This document shows positions 48,794-57,699 of a DNA stretch of 64,000 nt, piece by piece (position 1 is the stretch's first letter; each line of letters opens with the position of its first letter). The position numbers were made by a program, and so were the translations under genes. The DNA comes from Ignavibacteriota bacterium (GTDB lineage: Bacteria > Bacteroidota > Ignavibacteria > Kapaibacteriales > UBA2268): the NCBI GenBank assembly GCA_024636855.1, contig JAGXGG010000060.1:36126-100125 (forward strand), written 5' to 3'. Under the pieces are notes generated by a model. The model did not search any database and was not told the DNA's origin. It saw only the letters and a program-made list of their open reading frames with translations.

Positions 48794-50287
48794 ATGAAGA
48801 AAGTACCACTGCATGTCCAGATATTATTAGCTTTAATACTCGGAGCAGCATTTGGTGCTTTTTTTAGTGTTGATAAAAATAAGCTCGAAATCACTTTCAA
48901 GAAGGATTCTGGTCAAATTGTAGAGTCAGTTAGTAATTGGTCTACTGCATCAATCATTATTAATGATAGTACTGTATCAAAGTTCGAACCTAATGATCAA
49001 ATTGCAATCATTAACAAGTTTAAGCATTACCATAAATCTTCTAAAAATTCGATAAAACTTGAATTTGAAAAAGAGAAACGGAAACTTGAATTCTCTGAAG
49101 TCATAGCTGTTCGGAAAGAACATACTCTCGCAACATATATTAAGCCTGTTGGTGATTTATTTATTAGACTTCTTAGTTTTCTTGCAATACCTTTAGTTAT
49201 ATCTACCCTTATAGTTGGTGCCGCAAGTCTTTCTGATTTTAAAAAGCTAGGTAGTATTGGTATTAAAACCTTTTCGCTTTACATAATAACGACTGTAATT
49301 GCAATTACTATTGGTCTTGTATTAGCAAATGTAATTTCTCCCGGTAATAGAATTGATTCTACATCAAAAGAAAGGTTAAAGTCATCTTTTCAAGAGGAAT
49401 CTGCTGAAAAAGCAGTAGAATCTCTAGATATTAGTATAGTGGATTTCTTTGTAGAGATTGTACCTAAGAATCCATTTGACGCTATTAGCAATGGAAATAT
49501 GCTTCAAATCGTATTTTTAGCTGTGATATTTGGTATTACTCTTACTTTAATAGAAAAGAAAAAAAGAGATACAGTTTTAGAATTCTTTGATGGTGTAAGT
49601 GATACGATGATAAAAATGGTCGACATTTTTATGTTGATTGCTCCATTTGGAGTATTTGCACTAATTGCTGCTACTATTGCCGATTTTGGATTTGAGATAA
49701 TAAGCACATTGATTTGGTATATTGCTGCTGTCATCATTGGTTTATTTATACAAACTTATATTGTTTATGGGGCAATGCTAAAATGGATTGGTAAAGTCTC
49801 ACTTAAAGATTTCTTCTTAAATATTAGAAATGCTCAAGCAATCGGTTTTTCAACTAGTTCAAGTGCTGCTACACTTCCTATAACTCTGGATTGTGTAGAA
49901 AATAAGATGAAAACTAATAAAGAAATTGCAGGATTCGTTTTACCTTTAGGAGCCACTATTAATATGGATGGTACTGCTCTTTATCAAGGTGTAGCAGCAG
50001 TATTCATTGCACAAGTATATGGCTTTGATTTAACAATAGTACAGCAGTTGACAATAGTAATTACAACTGTGTTAGCATCTATAGGAACAGCTCCAGTTCC
50101 CGGTGTAGGTATAATTATGCTTGTTATGATATTAAATGCACTAAACATACCAGCACAAGGAATTGCTTTAATATTGGGGGTAGATAGGATATTAGATATG
50201 ATAAGAACTATTACTAATGTGACCGGTGATGCTGCGGTTGCAGTAACTATAGCAAGTACAGAAGAAAGAGCTAAGTTGAGAAAATGA
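48794..50287 (+). CDS. Dicarboxylate/amino acid:cation symporter (DAACS, GltP/DctA family)
   Basis: 497 aa with SSSAATLP and NMDGTALY signature motifs. It carries an ~85-aa hydrophilic insertion after TM1. Confidence 0.85.
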   Translation: MKKVPLHVQILLALILGAAFGAFFSVDKNKLEITFKKDSGQIVESVSNWSTASIIINDSTVSKFEPNDQIAIINKFKHYHKSSKNSIKLEFEKEKRKLEFSEVIAVRKEHTLATYIKPVGDLFIRLLSFLAIPLVISTLIVGAASLSDFKKLGSIGIKTFSLYIITTVIAITIGLVLANVISPGNRIDSTSKERLKSSFQEESAEKAVESLDISIVDFFVEIVPKNPFDAISNGNMLQIVFLAVIFGITLTLIEKKKRDTVLEFFDGVSDTMIKMVDIFMLIAPFGVFALIAATIADFGFEIISTLIWYIAAVIIGLFIQTYIVYGAMLKWIGKVSLKDFFLNIRNAQAIGFSTSSSAATLPITLDCVENKMKTNKEIAGFVLPLGATINMDGTALYQGVAAVFIAQVYGFDLTIVQQLTIVITTVLASIGTAPVPGVGIIMLVMILNALNIPAQGIALILGVDRILDMIRTITNVTGDAAVAVTIASTEERAKLRK

Positions 50288-50817
50288 AAATACTATTTAC
50301 ACTATTCTTTATGTTCTTTATATCTTGTAGTCAGGATAAAAAAGAGGTTAAAACCTTATTTGCTATAGATGAAGTCAAAGATAGTCCGGATCAAATAAGT
50401 TATGATTTTAGTGTGTATTTCATGGATTCTTCACTCGTAAAAGCCTATTTAAAAGCAGATAGAGCAAGAATATATGAAAAACAAAAAGAAACAAAATTGG
50501 ATAGTCATGTAGTAGTAGATTTTTATTCTAAAGAAAATGGCAAGAAAGTAAGTAATTTAAGAGCTGATAGTGTCACAATTGATGATGCAACTAAAAATAT
50601 GATAGCAATGGGAAATGTAGTAGTAGTATCCGATAGTAATAATACTACAGTTCGTACTTCAGTTTTAGAATGGCATAATGAATCAAGAAAACTTACATCT
50701 GATAAATATGTGAAAATTGTATCACCAGACCAAGAAATTGAGGGAATTGGTTTCGAATCAGATGAAACTTTAAAGAATTACACTATTTATAAAGTGAAAG
50801 GAGTTAAATATAAATGA
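50284..50817 (+). CDS. LptC-like LPS export lipoprotein
   Basis: 177 aa. Lipobox FFISCS and an OstA/LptC-like beta-jellyroll pattern (LRADSVTID..AMGNVVVV..LEWHNESRKLTSDKYVKI). ATGA overlap. Confidence 0.55.
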   Translation: MKILFTLFFMFFISCSQDKKEVKTLFAIDEVKDSPDQISYDFSVYFMDSSLVKAYLKADRARIYEKQKETKLDSHVVVDFYSKENGKKVSNLRADSVTIDDATKNMIAMGNVVVVSDSNNTTVRTSVLEWHNESRKLTSDKYVKIVSPDQEIEGIGFESDETLKNYTIYKVKGVKYK

Positions 50818-51563
50818 GTAAGTATTTAATTGCCGGAAATTGGAAAATGAATACCAATTTAGATGAAGCAAAAAAGATAACAGATAGTTTACATAGTTTC
50901 ATAGGCTTTGATAGTGAAGTGGAAATGTTGATATGTCCTCCATTTACTCATCTAGTATTTTTATCTGAGATTATAGATTTAAGTAGAATATCACTTGGTG
51001 CTCAAAACGTGCATTATGAAGAAAAAGGTGCATTCACAGGTGAAATTTCTAACGAGATGTTACTAAGTGTTGGTTGTGAATACGTAATCATAGGACACTC
51101 GGAGAGAAGAACTTTATTTGGTGAAACTGATGAAATGGTTAATAAGAAAGTTATGAATTCATTGAAAACAGGTCTAAGAGTTATCCTATGTATTGGAGAA
51201 ACTTTAGAAGAAAGAGAAAGTGATAATACAAATTCAGTATTAGAAACTCAGTTAAATAAAGCTTTATTAGGAGTAGACACTACAATTAACCTCAAAATAG
51301 CCTACGAACCAGTATGGGCAATTGGGACTGGTCGTACAGCATCTGTTGAACAAATTTCTGAAACACATGGATTTATATCGAATTATTTAAATAATAGATT
51401 TGGTACTAATACTATAAAGAAACTTTATGGTGGGAGTATGAATTCAGAAAATGCTAAAGAAATTCTATCAATCCCGAATGTAAATGGAGATTTAATTGGT
51501 GGTGCCTCACTTAAACCAGAAAATTTCATATCTATTTACAATTCAGCTCTTGAACTCTGTTGA
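50814..51563 (+). CDS. tpiA: Triose-phosphate isomerase
   Basis: AGNWKMN, IIGHSERR and AYEPVWAIGTG motifs. Confidence 0.95.
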   Translation: MSKYLIAGNWKMNTNLDEAKKITDSLHSFIGFDSEVEMLICPPFTHLVFLSEIIDLSRISLGAQNVHYEEKGAFTGEISNEMLLSVGCEYVIIGHSERRTLFGETDEMVNKKVMNSLKTGLRVILCIGETLEERESDNTNSVLETQLNKALLGVDTTINLKIAYEPVWAIGTGRTASVEQISETHGFISNYLNNRFGTNTIKKLYGGSMNSENAKEILSIPNVNGDLIGGASLKPENFISIYNSALELC

Positions 51564-52153
51564 TGTTGTTTAGTATACCAAATATTATCTCATACTTCCG
51601 AATATTGGTGGCCCCTTTTTTCTTGTTTTTTTTTATTTCAGATAATAAGACATTAGTTATAATCTCAATTATACTCTTTGTACTTGGTGCCTTTAGTGAT
51701 TGGTTGGATGGTTGGTATGCTCGTAGATTTAATCAATCTTCAAAATGGGGTATATTCATAGATCCTTTAGCTGACAAAATACTTAATTCAACTGCTTTTC
51801 TTGCTTTTGTATTCGAAGGTATAATTCCTTTTTGGATGTTACTAATTATTATACTCCGTGATTCTTTTATGACCTTTCTTCGATTATTTGCAGATTCGCA
51901 TAAATTACCTATCAGAACGAAGAATATTGCTAAGATAAAAACTGTTTTTCAGTTCGTATTAATTATTTATGTTATTTCTATTTATTTTATTAGTTTGTTA
52001 CTAAATGATGATGCAATTAAAGAATTAGTAACAAAAGATTACATCTATTATTCGATGTTGTTTTTAACTATTTTTACCGTCTGGACTGTATATGATTACA
52101 TAAAGGATAACAAAAAAGTAGTACAAATATTATTCGGTTATGAAAAAAAATAG
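51560..52153 (+). CDS. CDP-alcohol phosphatidyltransferase family protein
   Basis: DWLDGWYARRF..G..IDPLADK is the D-x2-D-G-x2-A-R...D-x3-D motif. About 5 TM segments. Confidence 0.85.
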   Translation: MMLFSIPNIISYFRILVAPFFLFFFISDNKTLVIISIILFVLGAFSDWLDGWYARRFNQSSKWGIFIDPLADKILNSTAFLAFVFEGIIPFWMLLIIILRDSFMTFLRLFADSHKLPIRTKNIAKIKTVFQFVLIIYVISIYFISLLLNDDAIKELVTKDYIYYSMLFLTIFTVWTVYDYIKDNKKVVQILFGYEKK

Positions 52154-52241
52154 TTACATTTAGTGCGAAATAGTAACAAAAAAGGCAAAAAAACGCTTTA
52201 ATCACGATTTATTAGACCTTATAGCAACTTTTTTTTCAAAA

Positions 52242-52249
52242 TATGTTTG
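52242..52249 (+). promoter_or_regulatory. Possible -7 promoter element upstream of the HU gene
   Basis: TATGTTTG matches TAnnTTTG, but no clear TTG -33 element sits at the expected spacing. AAGGAG Shine-Dalgarno at 52311-52316. Confidence 0.3.
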
Positions 52250-52324
52250 GATATTATAAATAAATTTTTAAATTGCATTTAACGGTATTATTCTTTAACC
52301 TAACATACTAAGGAGTTAACAAGT

Positions 52325-52609
52325 ATGAACAAATCAGAACTAATTGACGCAGTTGCAAAATCAACTGACATGACAAAAGCTGCTTCTGAAAGAGCTATAA
52401 ATAGCACGATTGCAGAAATATCTAAAGAGCTAAAAGGTGGCGGAGATGTACGTCTTATAGGTTTTGGAACTTTTTCAGTAGCTCAAAGAGCTGCTCGTAA
52501 AGGTGTAAACCTACAGACTGGCAAGCCAATGAAAATAGCTGCTAAAAAAGTAGCTAAATTCAAGCCAGGTAAAGCGCTTGCAGAATCTGTTAATGGTAAA
52601 AAGAAGTAA
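52325..52609 (+). CDS. hup: HU family DNA-binding protein
   Basis: 94 aa. MNKSELIDAVA.., GFGTFSV..RAARKGVNLQTGKPMKIAAKKVAKFKPGKAL. Confidence 0.95.
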   Translation: MNKSELIDAVAKSTDMTKAASERAINSTIAEISKELKGGGDVRLIGFGTFSVAQRAARKGVNLQTGKPMKIAAKKVAKFKPGKALAESVNGKKK

Positions 52610-52633
52610 TCTTTTTTCTACAGAGCAAATAAT

Positions 52634-52661
52634 AGCCGTTCATTTGAACGGCTTTTTTTTT
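52634..52661 (+). terminator. Rho-independent terminator after hup
   Basis: AGCCGTTC pairs with GAACGGCT (52634-52641 with 52646-52653) around a 4-nt loop. A T-run extends to 52661. Confidence 0.8.
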
Positions 52662-52690
52662 ATATTTGATTTTAAAAAATAGGTTGATTT

Positions 52691-53581
52691 TTGAAAAATT
52701 TATTTTCAATTGAACAGCTCAGTAAAAATGAAATTAATGAGATTCTACAGATTGCTTCAGAATATGATTTGAACTTTGTATCTGATGAGTTTAGACATAA
52801 AAAACTCGTTTTAGCTTTTTTCGAAACATCTACTAGAACTAAATTATCATTTGAGATAGCAGCTAAAAATTTAGGGGTACAAGTAATTGATTTTATGCCC
52901 GAATTGAGCAGTATCCAAAAAGGAGAATCATTAGTAGAAACTCTGAGAACTTTAGAAGCAATGGGTGTAGATGTAGCAGTTGTAAGGCATAGGGAAGAGG
53001 GTACTGCCAAAATGTTATCAACTCAATTAGATATGTCAATACTTAATGCTGGGGATGGTGTCAACCAACATCCGAGCCAAGCTCTATTAGATGCACTAAC
53101 TTTAAAAGAAGTTTTTGGTGAACTCGAAGATTTCAAGATTACTATTTGTGGTGATATACTTCATAGTAGGGTAGCTAGATCTAATATTGAACTACTATCC
53201 AAATTTAACGTAGATGTATCATTATGTGCCCCAAAGGAATTACTCGATAATAATTTCTCATCCCTTAACTATCATGATAACATTGATATTGCTGTGCAAG
53301 AATCTGATGTAGTTATGTGTCTTAGGATACAGAAAGAAAGAATGGAACAAATGGAAGTACCGAATACTAGTGAATATTTTGAGAAGTATGGGTTCAAGAA
53401 AAAGCATTTTGAAATGAATAAAGATATTCTTCTTATGCACCCCGGCCCTGTAAACTATGGTGTTGATATTGAGAATGGTTTACAGAATCATGATAGATGT
53501 CTTATAAATAGTCAAGTGAAAAATGGAGTTTTAACTAGAATGGCAATTTTAAAGAAAATACTGAATTACATTGGAAAATAA
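52691..53581 (+). CDS. pyrB: Aspartate carbamoyltransferase catalytic subunit
   Basis: TTG start. FFETSTRT, HPSQALLD and HPGP motifs. A TATATTTG motif lies at 52661-52668 just upstream. Confidence 0.9.
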   Translation: MKNLFSIEQLSKNEINEILQIASEYDLNFVSDEFRHKKLVLAFFETSTRTKLSFEIAAKNLGVQVIDFMPELSSIQKGESLVETLRTLEAMGVDVAVVRHREEGTAKMLSTQLDMSILNAGDGVNQHPSQALLDALTLKEVFGELEDFKITICGDILHSRVARSNIELLSKFNVDVSLCAPKELLDNNFSSLNYHDNIDIAVQESDVVMCLRIQKERMEQMEVPNTSEYFEKYGFKKKHFEMNKDILLMHPGPVNYGVDIENGLQNHDRCLINSQVKNGVLTRMAILKKILNYIGK

Positions 53582-54419
53582 GATCTGGCGTATAATCGAC
53601 ATTATCAATTGGTCTAAAGAGTATCTTGAGAAAAACAAAATTGATTCTCCACGATTGAATATAGAGTTAATGCTTACTCATGTTCTTGGAATTGAGAGGA
53701 TTAAATTATATACAGACTTCGATAAACCCCTTTCCGAAAAGGAACTTTCGACTATCAAATCAATGATTCAACTTAGAGTTAAGAGACATCCTTTGCAATA
53801 TATTCTTGGACAAGTTGAATTCTTAAATAGAAAGTTTATTGTTAATCCAAATGTACTAATCCCAAGACCTGAGACCGAAGAGCTAGTAGTAAAGGTTATT
53901 AAGGATAATAATAACGATTCTGAATATAAAATACTTGATATTGGTACTGGTTCTGGATGTATTGCAATTAGTTTAGCAAAAGTATTTAATAATTCTACAA
54001 TAACAGCACTTGATAATTCAACTTCAGCATTAAAAGTAGCTAAGCAAAACTCTATTGACTTAGAAGTAGAAAATGTAAAGTTTATATATGCAGATATATT
54101 AACATCTGAACCTAAATTAAAATATGATATAATAGTATCAAACCCACCTTATGTATCTTCGAATGAAATGGGTGAAATAGAACCAGAATTGAGATTTGAA
54201 CCTACTTTTGCTCTTACAGACAACTCAGATGGATTAGAATTCTATCGCAGATTTGTAACTATTTTCAAGAACATATTGTCTATAGATGGAGTATTTTATT
54301 TAGAATTGAATAGTTTTTTGTCTGAAGATATAAAACAGATGTTTTCAAAAGACTATCGTGTAGAGATTATAAATGATTTATTTGAGAAGCCGAGAATACT
54401 AAAAGGTAGATTAAGTTAA
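53571..54419 (+). CDS. prmC: Peptide chain release factor N5-glutamine methyltransferase
   Basis: SAM motif LDIGTGSGCIA and catalytic NPPY. Confidence 0.85.
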   Translation: MENKIWRIIDIINWSKEYLEKNKIDSPRLNIELMLTHVLGIERIKLYTDFDKPLSEKELSTIKSMIQLRVKRHPLQYILGQVEFLNRKFIVNPNVLIPRPETEELVVKVIKDNNNDSEYKILDIGTGSGCIAISLAKVFNNSTITALDNSTSALKVAKQNSIDLEVENVKFIYADILTSEPKLKYDIIVSNPPYVSSNEMGEIEPELRFEPTFALTDNSDGLEFYRRFVTIFKNILSIDGVFYLELNSFLSEDIKQMFSKDYRVEIINDLFEKPRILKGRLS

Positions 54420-54503
54420 ATTTCAGTTAATTTAATTATTAACTTATCCACCTAAATGATTTTTAAGGAAATAAAATAGTATTTTTCATAATAAATAAAT
54501 AAA

Positions 54504-54533
54504 TTGCGAAATGTTTAAGAAGTGTGTTCGCAA
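54504..54533. promoter_or_regulatory. Inverted repeat TTGCGAA-N16-TTCGCAA upstream of the STAS/exbB cluster
   Basis: The 7-bp arms at 54504-54510 and 54527-54533 are perfect reverse complements. They lie 18 nt upstream of the ATG at 54551. This could be an operator or a 5' hairpin. Confidence 0.3.
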
Positions 54534-54550
54534 ATAATATACATTTAATA

Positions 54551-54886
54551 ATGACTCAAATAATAGTAGAAAATGAAGAAAATTTTGTATTTCTTCGATT
54601 AGCTGGGAGATTTATTGGTGGTGATGAAACTGATGCACTTCGTTCAAAGTTAACACAATTATCAAACAATAACCTGATAATTGATTTAAGTAATGTTACT
54701 TATATGAACTCGACTGCATTAGGTATTTTGATATCTGCACATTCGGTTTTTATAACAAAAAGTAATCAGATTTTGTTAGTCAATGCCTCTGACTCTGTAA
54801 GAGATATATTGAATCTAACACAATTAACTTTAGTTTTTAAAGTACTTAGTACTTATGAAGAAGCAAAAAATATTATTAATAATTAA
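54551..54886 (+). CDS. STAS domain protein (anti-sigma-factor antagonist-like)
   Basis: Start moved to the ATG at 54551 (MTQIIVENEENFVFLRLAGRF..). LIIDLSNVTYMNSTALGILI is typical of SpoIIAA-like STAS domains, with Ser/Thr in the NST context. Confidence 0.7.
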   Translation: MTQIIVENEENFVFLRLAGRFIGGDETDALRSKLTQLSNNNLIIDLSNVTYMNSTALGILISAHSVFITKSNQILLVNASDSVRDILNLTQLTLVFKVLSTYEEAKNIINN

Positions 54887-54906
54887 TTAAATTTAGTAGG
54901 AGTATT

Positions 54907-55686
54907 ATGAAGAACTTGTTCAATATCATAGTAATTGTTCTTGCACTAGTAGTTTCATTTGCATTTTATTACGGTGTAATGGGTGACGCAAGTGGTTTTC
55001 AAAATCTTGAAAAAACTGAACCAATTCCTGGAAATATATTAGCAACCATTTATACGGGTGGTCCACTAGTTGCATTGCTTTTATCTTTCATTTTGATAGG
55101 TATTACTTTTAGTATCGAAAGATTCCTTTCTATAACTAAAGCTCAAGGTAAAAATGACCCAGAAAAATTTGTTAAAGAATTATCTGGCTTACTTTCTCAA
55201 GGAAATCTAGATGGTGCTGTAGCGCTATGCGATACTCAAAGAGGAAGTATAGGTAATGTGATGAGAGCTGGAATAGAAAGATTCAGAGAAGTTCAAAATG
55301 ATACTGAATACCCCGCACCTGCAAAAATTTCTGAAGTTCAAAGAGCAATCGATGAACAAATGAACTTGGAAACTCCATTATTGGAAAAAAATCTAGTGAT
55401 ATTATCAACTGTAGCATCTATCTCGACGATGGTTGGTCTACTAGGTACAACGCTAGGTATGATTAGAGCATTCCAAGCTCTTGCAGAAAGTGGAACTGTT
55501 TCTGCTACTCAATTATCGATTGGTATCTCAGAAGCACTTTACAATACCGCTGGTGGTTTATTAGGTGCAATTGTAGCAATCGTAGCTTATAACTTCTTTA
55601 CAACAAAAGTAGATAATTTCGTGTATGTAATTGATGAAGGTATCCTTAGTGTTACTGAAATCTTTACTAGTATGGTAAGAAAATAA
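54907..55686 (+). CDS. exbB: MotA/TolQ/ExbB proton-channel family protein
   Basis: 259 aa with 3 TM segments. Conserved C-terminal GLLGTTLGMIRAF...ISEALYNTAGGL. Confidence 0.9.
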   Translation: MKNLFNIIVIVLALVVSFAFYYGVMGDASGFQNLEKTEPIPGNILATIYTGGPLVALLLSFILIGITFSIERFLSITKAQGKNDPEKFVKELSGLLSQGNLDGAVALCDTQRGSIGNVMRAGIERFREVQNDTEYPAPAKISEVQRAIDEQMNLETPLLEKNLVILSTVASISTMVGLLGTTLGMIRAFQALAESGTVSATQLSIGISEALYNTAGGLLGAIVAIVAYNFFTTKVDNFVYVIDEGILSVTEIFTSMVRK

Positions 55687-55706
55687 ACCTTTAATGGGGA
55701 ATTAAT

Positions 55707-56216
55707 ATGCCAAAAGTAAAAAAGAAAAGAGTCGGTTTTGTGATAGATATGACACCGTTGGTGGATATCACATTCCTATTACTTACATTCTTCATGTTTA
55801 CAGCTAAGTTCAAATCTGAAGCTGAAGCAGAACAAAAGTTCTTTATTGAAAGACCTTTGGCATCTGCTGATACATCAAAGCTTCCAGAACAAGATTTAGC
55901 TATCGTAAAGATTGCTTTTCCAGACTCAACTAAACAAGACACTTCATACTTTTATGAAATGACTAACGAAGCTGATTGGAATGCAGTTAAATCTGGAATC
56001 GAAGGTTTAACTCCAGAGCAAATGCAAGGTGCACAATTGCAAGTCTCAATTGAGACTTTGGAAGCATTGATAAAGCGTACTTATATTGTTAATTCTGAAA
56101 CTTCTATGGCTATAGACGCAGATAAAAGTATTAGGTTCAAATGGGTATCAGAGGCAATGGATGTGTTAAGTAAGAATAGATTCACAAAGTTTAATTACGT
56201 AACTAAGAAAAGATAA
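55707..56216 (+). CDS. exbD: Biopolymer transport protein ExbD/TolR (copy 1)
   Basis: KKRVGFVIDMTPLVDITFLLLTFFM, the conserved Asp-containing TM helix. Confidence 0.85.
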   Translation: MPKVKKKRVGFVIDMTPLVDITFLLLTFFMFTAKFKSEAEAEQKFFIERPLASADTSKLPEQDLAIVKIAFPDSTKQDTSYFYEMTNEADWNAVKSGIEGLTPEQMQGAQLQVSIETLEALIKRTYIVNSETSMAIDADKSIRFKWVSEAMDVLSKNRFTKFNYVTKKR

Positions 56217-56258
56217 ATAAAACTTTAGTACTTATACTAAGGTATTAGGAGTAATATT

Positions 56259-56840
56259 ATGGCTGGTGGTGGTTCTTTAGGCGGCGGAGGTCGCTCAAAA
56301 AGAGGAAAATCGTCTAAAAGAAAATCTAAAAAAAGAGTAGGCTTCGTTCTTGATATGACACCTTTGGTGGATATCACGTTTCTACTTCTTACTTTCTTTA
56401 TGTTTACTACGACAATGGCAACTCCTCAGGTAATGGAAATGAAAGTTCCACCTGAGATAGATGTTCCTGTAGAAGTGAAAGAGTCTGAACTATTAAGTAT
56501 TCTTGTAGATAAGGACGGTGATTTATTTTACTTCAGAGGTCAAGGTGAAGCAGAAGAATTAAAAATGAAAAATTTGAAAAATTTAGCAATAAAGGAAAAT
56601 CTTAATCAGATTAATAGATTGATTATTGTATTAAAAGTTTCAGATGATACTGAATATGGAACAGTAGTACAAGTATTAGATGAGCTAAATTTAGCAGAAG
56701 CTGGTATAGTTGATGAGATGAGAGTTAAACGTAATCAACCTAATTTCGAAAGAAGTAGAAAGTTTACTATAGCTGATCTAACTGAAGATGATATGGAAAA
56801 GATTGCGACTTTAAAACCGCAAACTGGAGGTAGTCAATAA
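56259..56840 (+). CDS. exbD: Biopolymer transport protein ExbD/TolR (copy 2)
   Basis: KKRVGFVLDMTPLVDITFLLLTFFM, near-identical to copy 1 in the TM region, plus a Gly-rich basic N-terminus. Confidence 0.85.
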   Translation: MAGGGSLGGGGRSKRGKSSKRKSKKRVGFVLDMTPLVDITFLLLTFFMFTTTMATPQVMEMKVPPEIDVPVEVKESELLSILVDKDGDLFYFRGQGEAEELKMKNLKNLAIKENLNQINRLIIVLKVSDDTEYGTVVQVLDELNLAEAGIVDEMRVKRNQPNFERSRKFTIADLTEDDMEKIATLKPQTGGSQ

Positions 56841-57613
56841 TGTCTGTAAAAGTAGTTCCAATCCCTCAACGTAACGAATACGGTGCGTTAGAGCTAAAAA
56901 CATACATTAATAAATCTACAATGCGTGGATTTATAGTAACTACGTCTATATTACTATTATTTTTAATATATCATCTAATTAGTGGTTCCATTGCTGGTAA
57001 AGCTGAAGCCCCTCCATTAGCTCCTATAGCTAAGCTTGATTTAATTAGCTTAGATGCTCCGGCAGAGGAAGTGGAAGCTCCACCTCCACCTGCACCAGAG
57101 CAAATTGTTGCTGGTCCAGCTGCTAGAGCGGGTACACCGACTCCTATTCCCGATGCAGAGATTGCACCAGATTTGCAAGATTTCGCAGATATGGATGTAC
57201 TAGATAGAGCATCAGCTGCTGGTGGTGATGGTATTGATATGGGTAACTTCGCTAACAATATAGATTGGGAAGGCGATGGTGTAAAAGTAGAGACTAGAGA
57301 ATCTGAACCAGATCCTGATGAGTTTGTTCCTGTAGAGAAACAACCAGGTATGGATATCGCTGAACTTCAAAAATTAGTAGAATATCCTAAGTTAGCTAAA
57401 GAAGCTGGCGTAGAGGGTAGAGTAATCGTAAAAGCTTTGATAGATGCAAATGGTAAGGTAAGAAAGACTTTAGTAGAATATACTGATAACTCATTATTGA
57501 ACCAAGCAGCTATAGATGCAATAAAAAATTATAAAAACTTTACTCCTGCTATTCAGAATAATAAACCTGTTATGGTATGGATTTCAATACCATTAAGATT
57601 TAAACTTAGATAA
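56840..57613 (+). CDS. tonB: Energy transducer TonB
   Basis: N-terminal anchor, Pro/Ala-rich spacer (APPPPAPEQIVAGPAA), and C-terminal TonB domain (VEYPKLAKEAGVEGRVIV...WISIPLRFKL). Confidence 0.85.
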   Translation: MSVKVVPIPQRNEYGALELKTYINKSTMRGFIVTTSILLLFLIYHLISGSIAGKAEAPPLAPIAKLDLISLDAPAEEVEAPPPPAPEQIVAGPAARAGTPTPIPDAEIAPDLQDFADMDVLDRASAAGGDGIDMGNFANNIDWEGDGVKVETRESEPDPDEFVPVEKQPGMDIAELQKLVEYPKLAKEAGVEGRVIVKALIDANGKVRKTLVEYTDNSLLNQAAIDAIKNYKNFTPAIQNNKPVMVWISIPLRFKLR

Positions 57614-57647
57614 AAGTTTAACATATGTGTAACCTTTTTATTGAAAA

Positions 57648-57676
57648 ATGCCTCTATATACTACAGAGGCATTTTT
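57648..57676 (+). terminator. Rho-independent terminator after tonB
   Basis: ATGCCTCT (57648-57655) pairs with AGAGGCAT (57665-57672) around a 9-nt loop and is followed by T5. Confidence 0.7.
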
Positions 57677-57699
57677 AAATTTATATAAAGAGGTTCAAG

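Noticed and set aside
52672-53010. 112-aa minus-strand ORF overlapping the 5' part of pyrB
   Set aside because: The plus-strand frame has the canonical ATCase motifs (STRT, HPSQ, HPGP), so the antisense frame is spurious.
54444-54452. DnaA-box-like TTATCCACC near the STAS gene, considered as a hint of oriC
   Set aside because: It is a single 8/9 match with no cluster of boxes, no AT-rich unwinding-element arrangement and no dnaA/dnaN nearby.
56971-57258. Locally GC-rich patch with a 95-aa antisense ORF, considered as a possible horizontally acquired insert or hidden gene
   Set aside because: The composition shift is explained by the Pro/Ala-rich TonB spacer (GCN/CCN codons) in the sense frame. 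The antisense ORF is Ala/Gly/Ser low-complexity mirror sequence.
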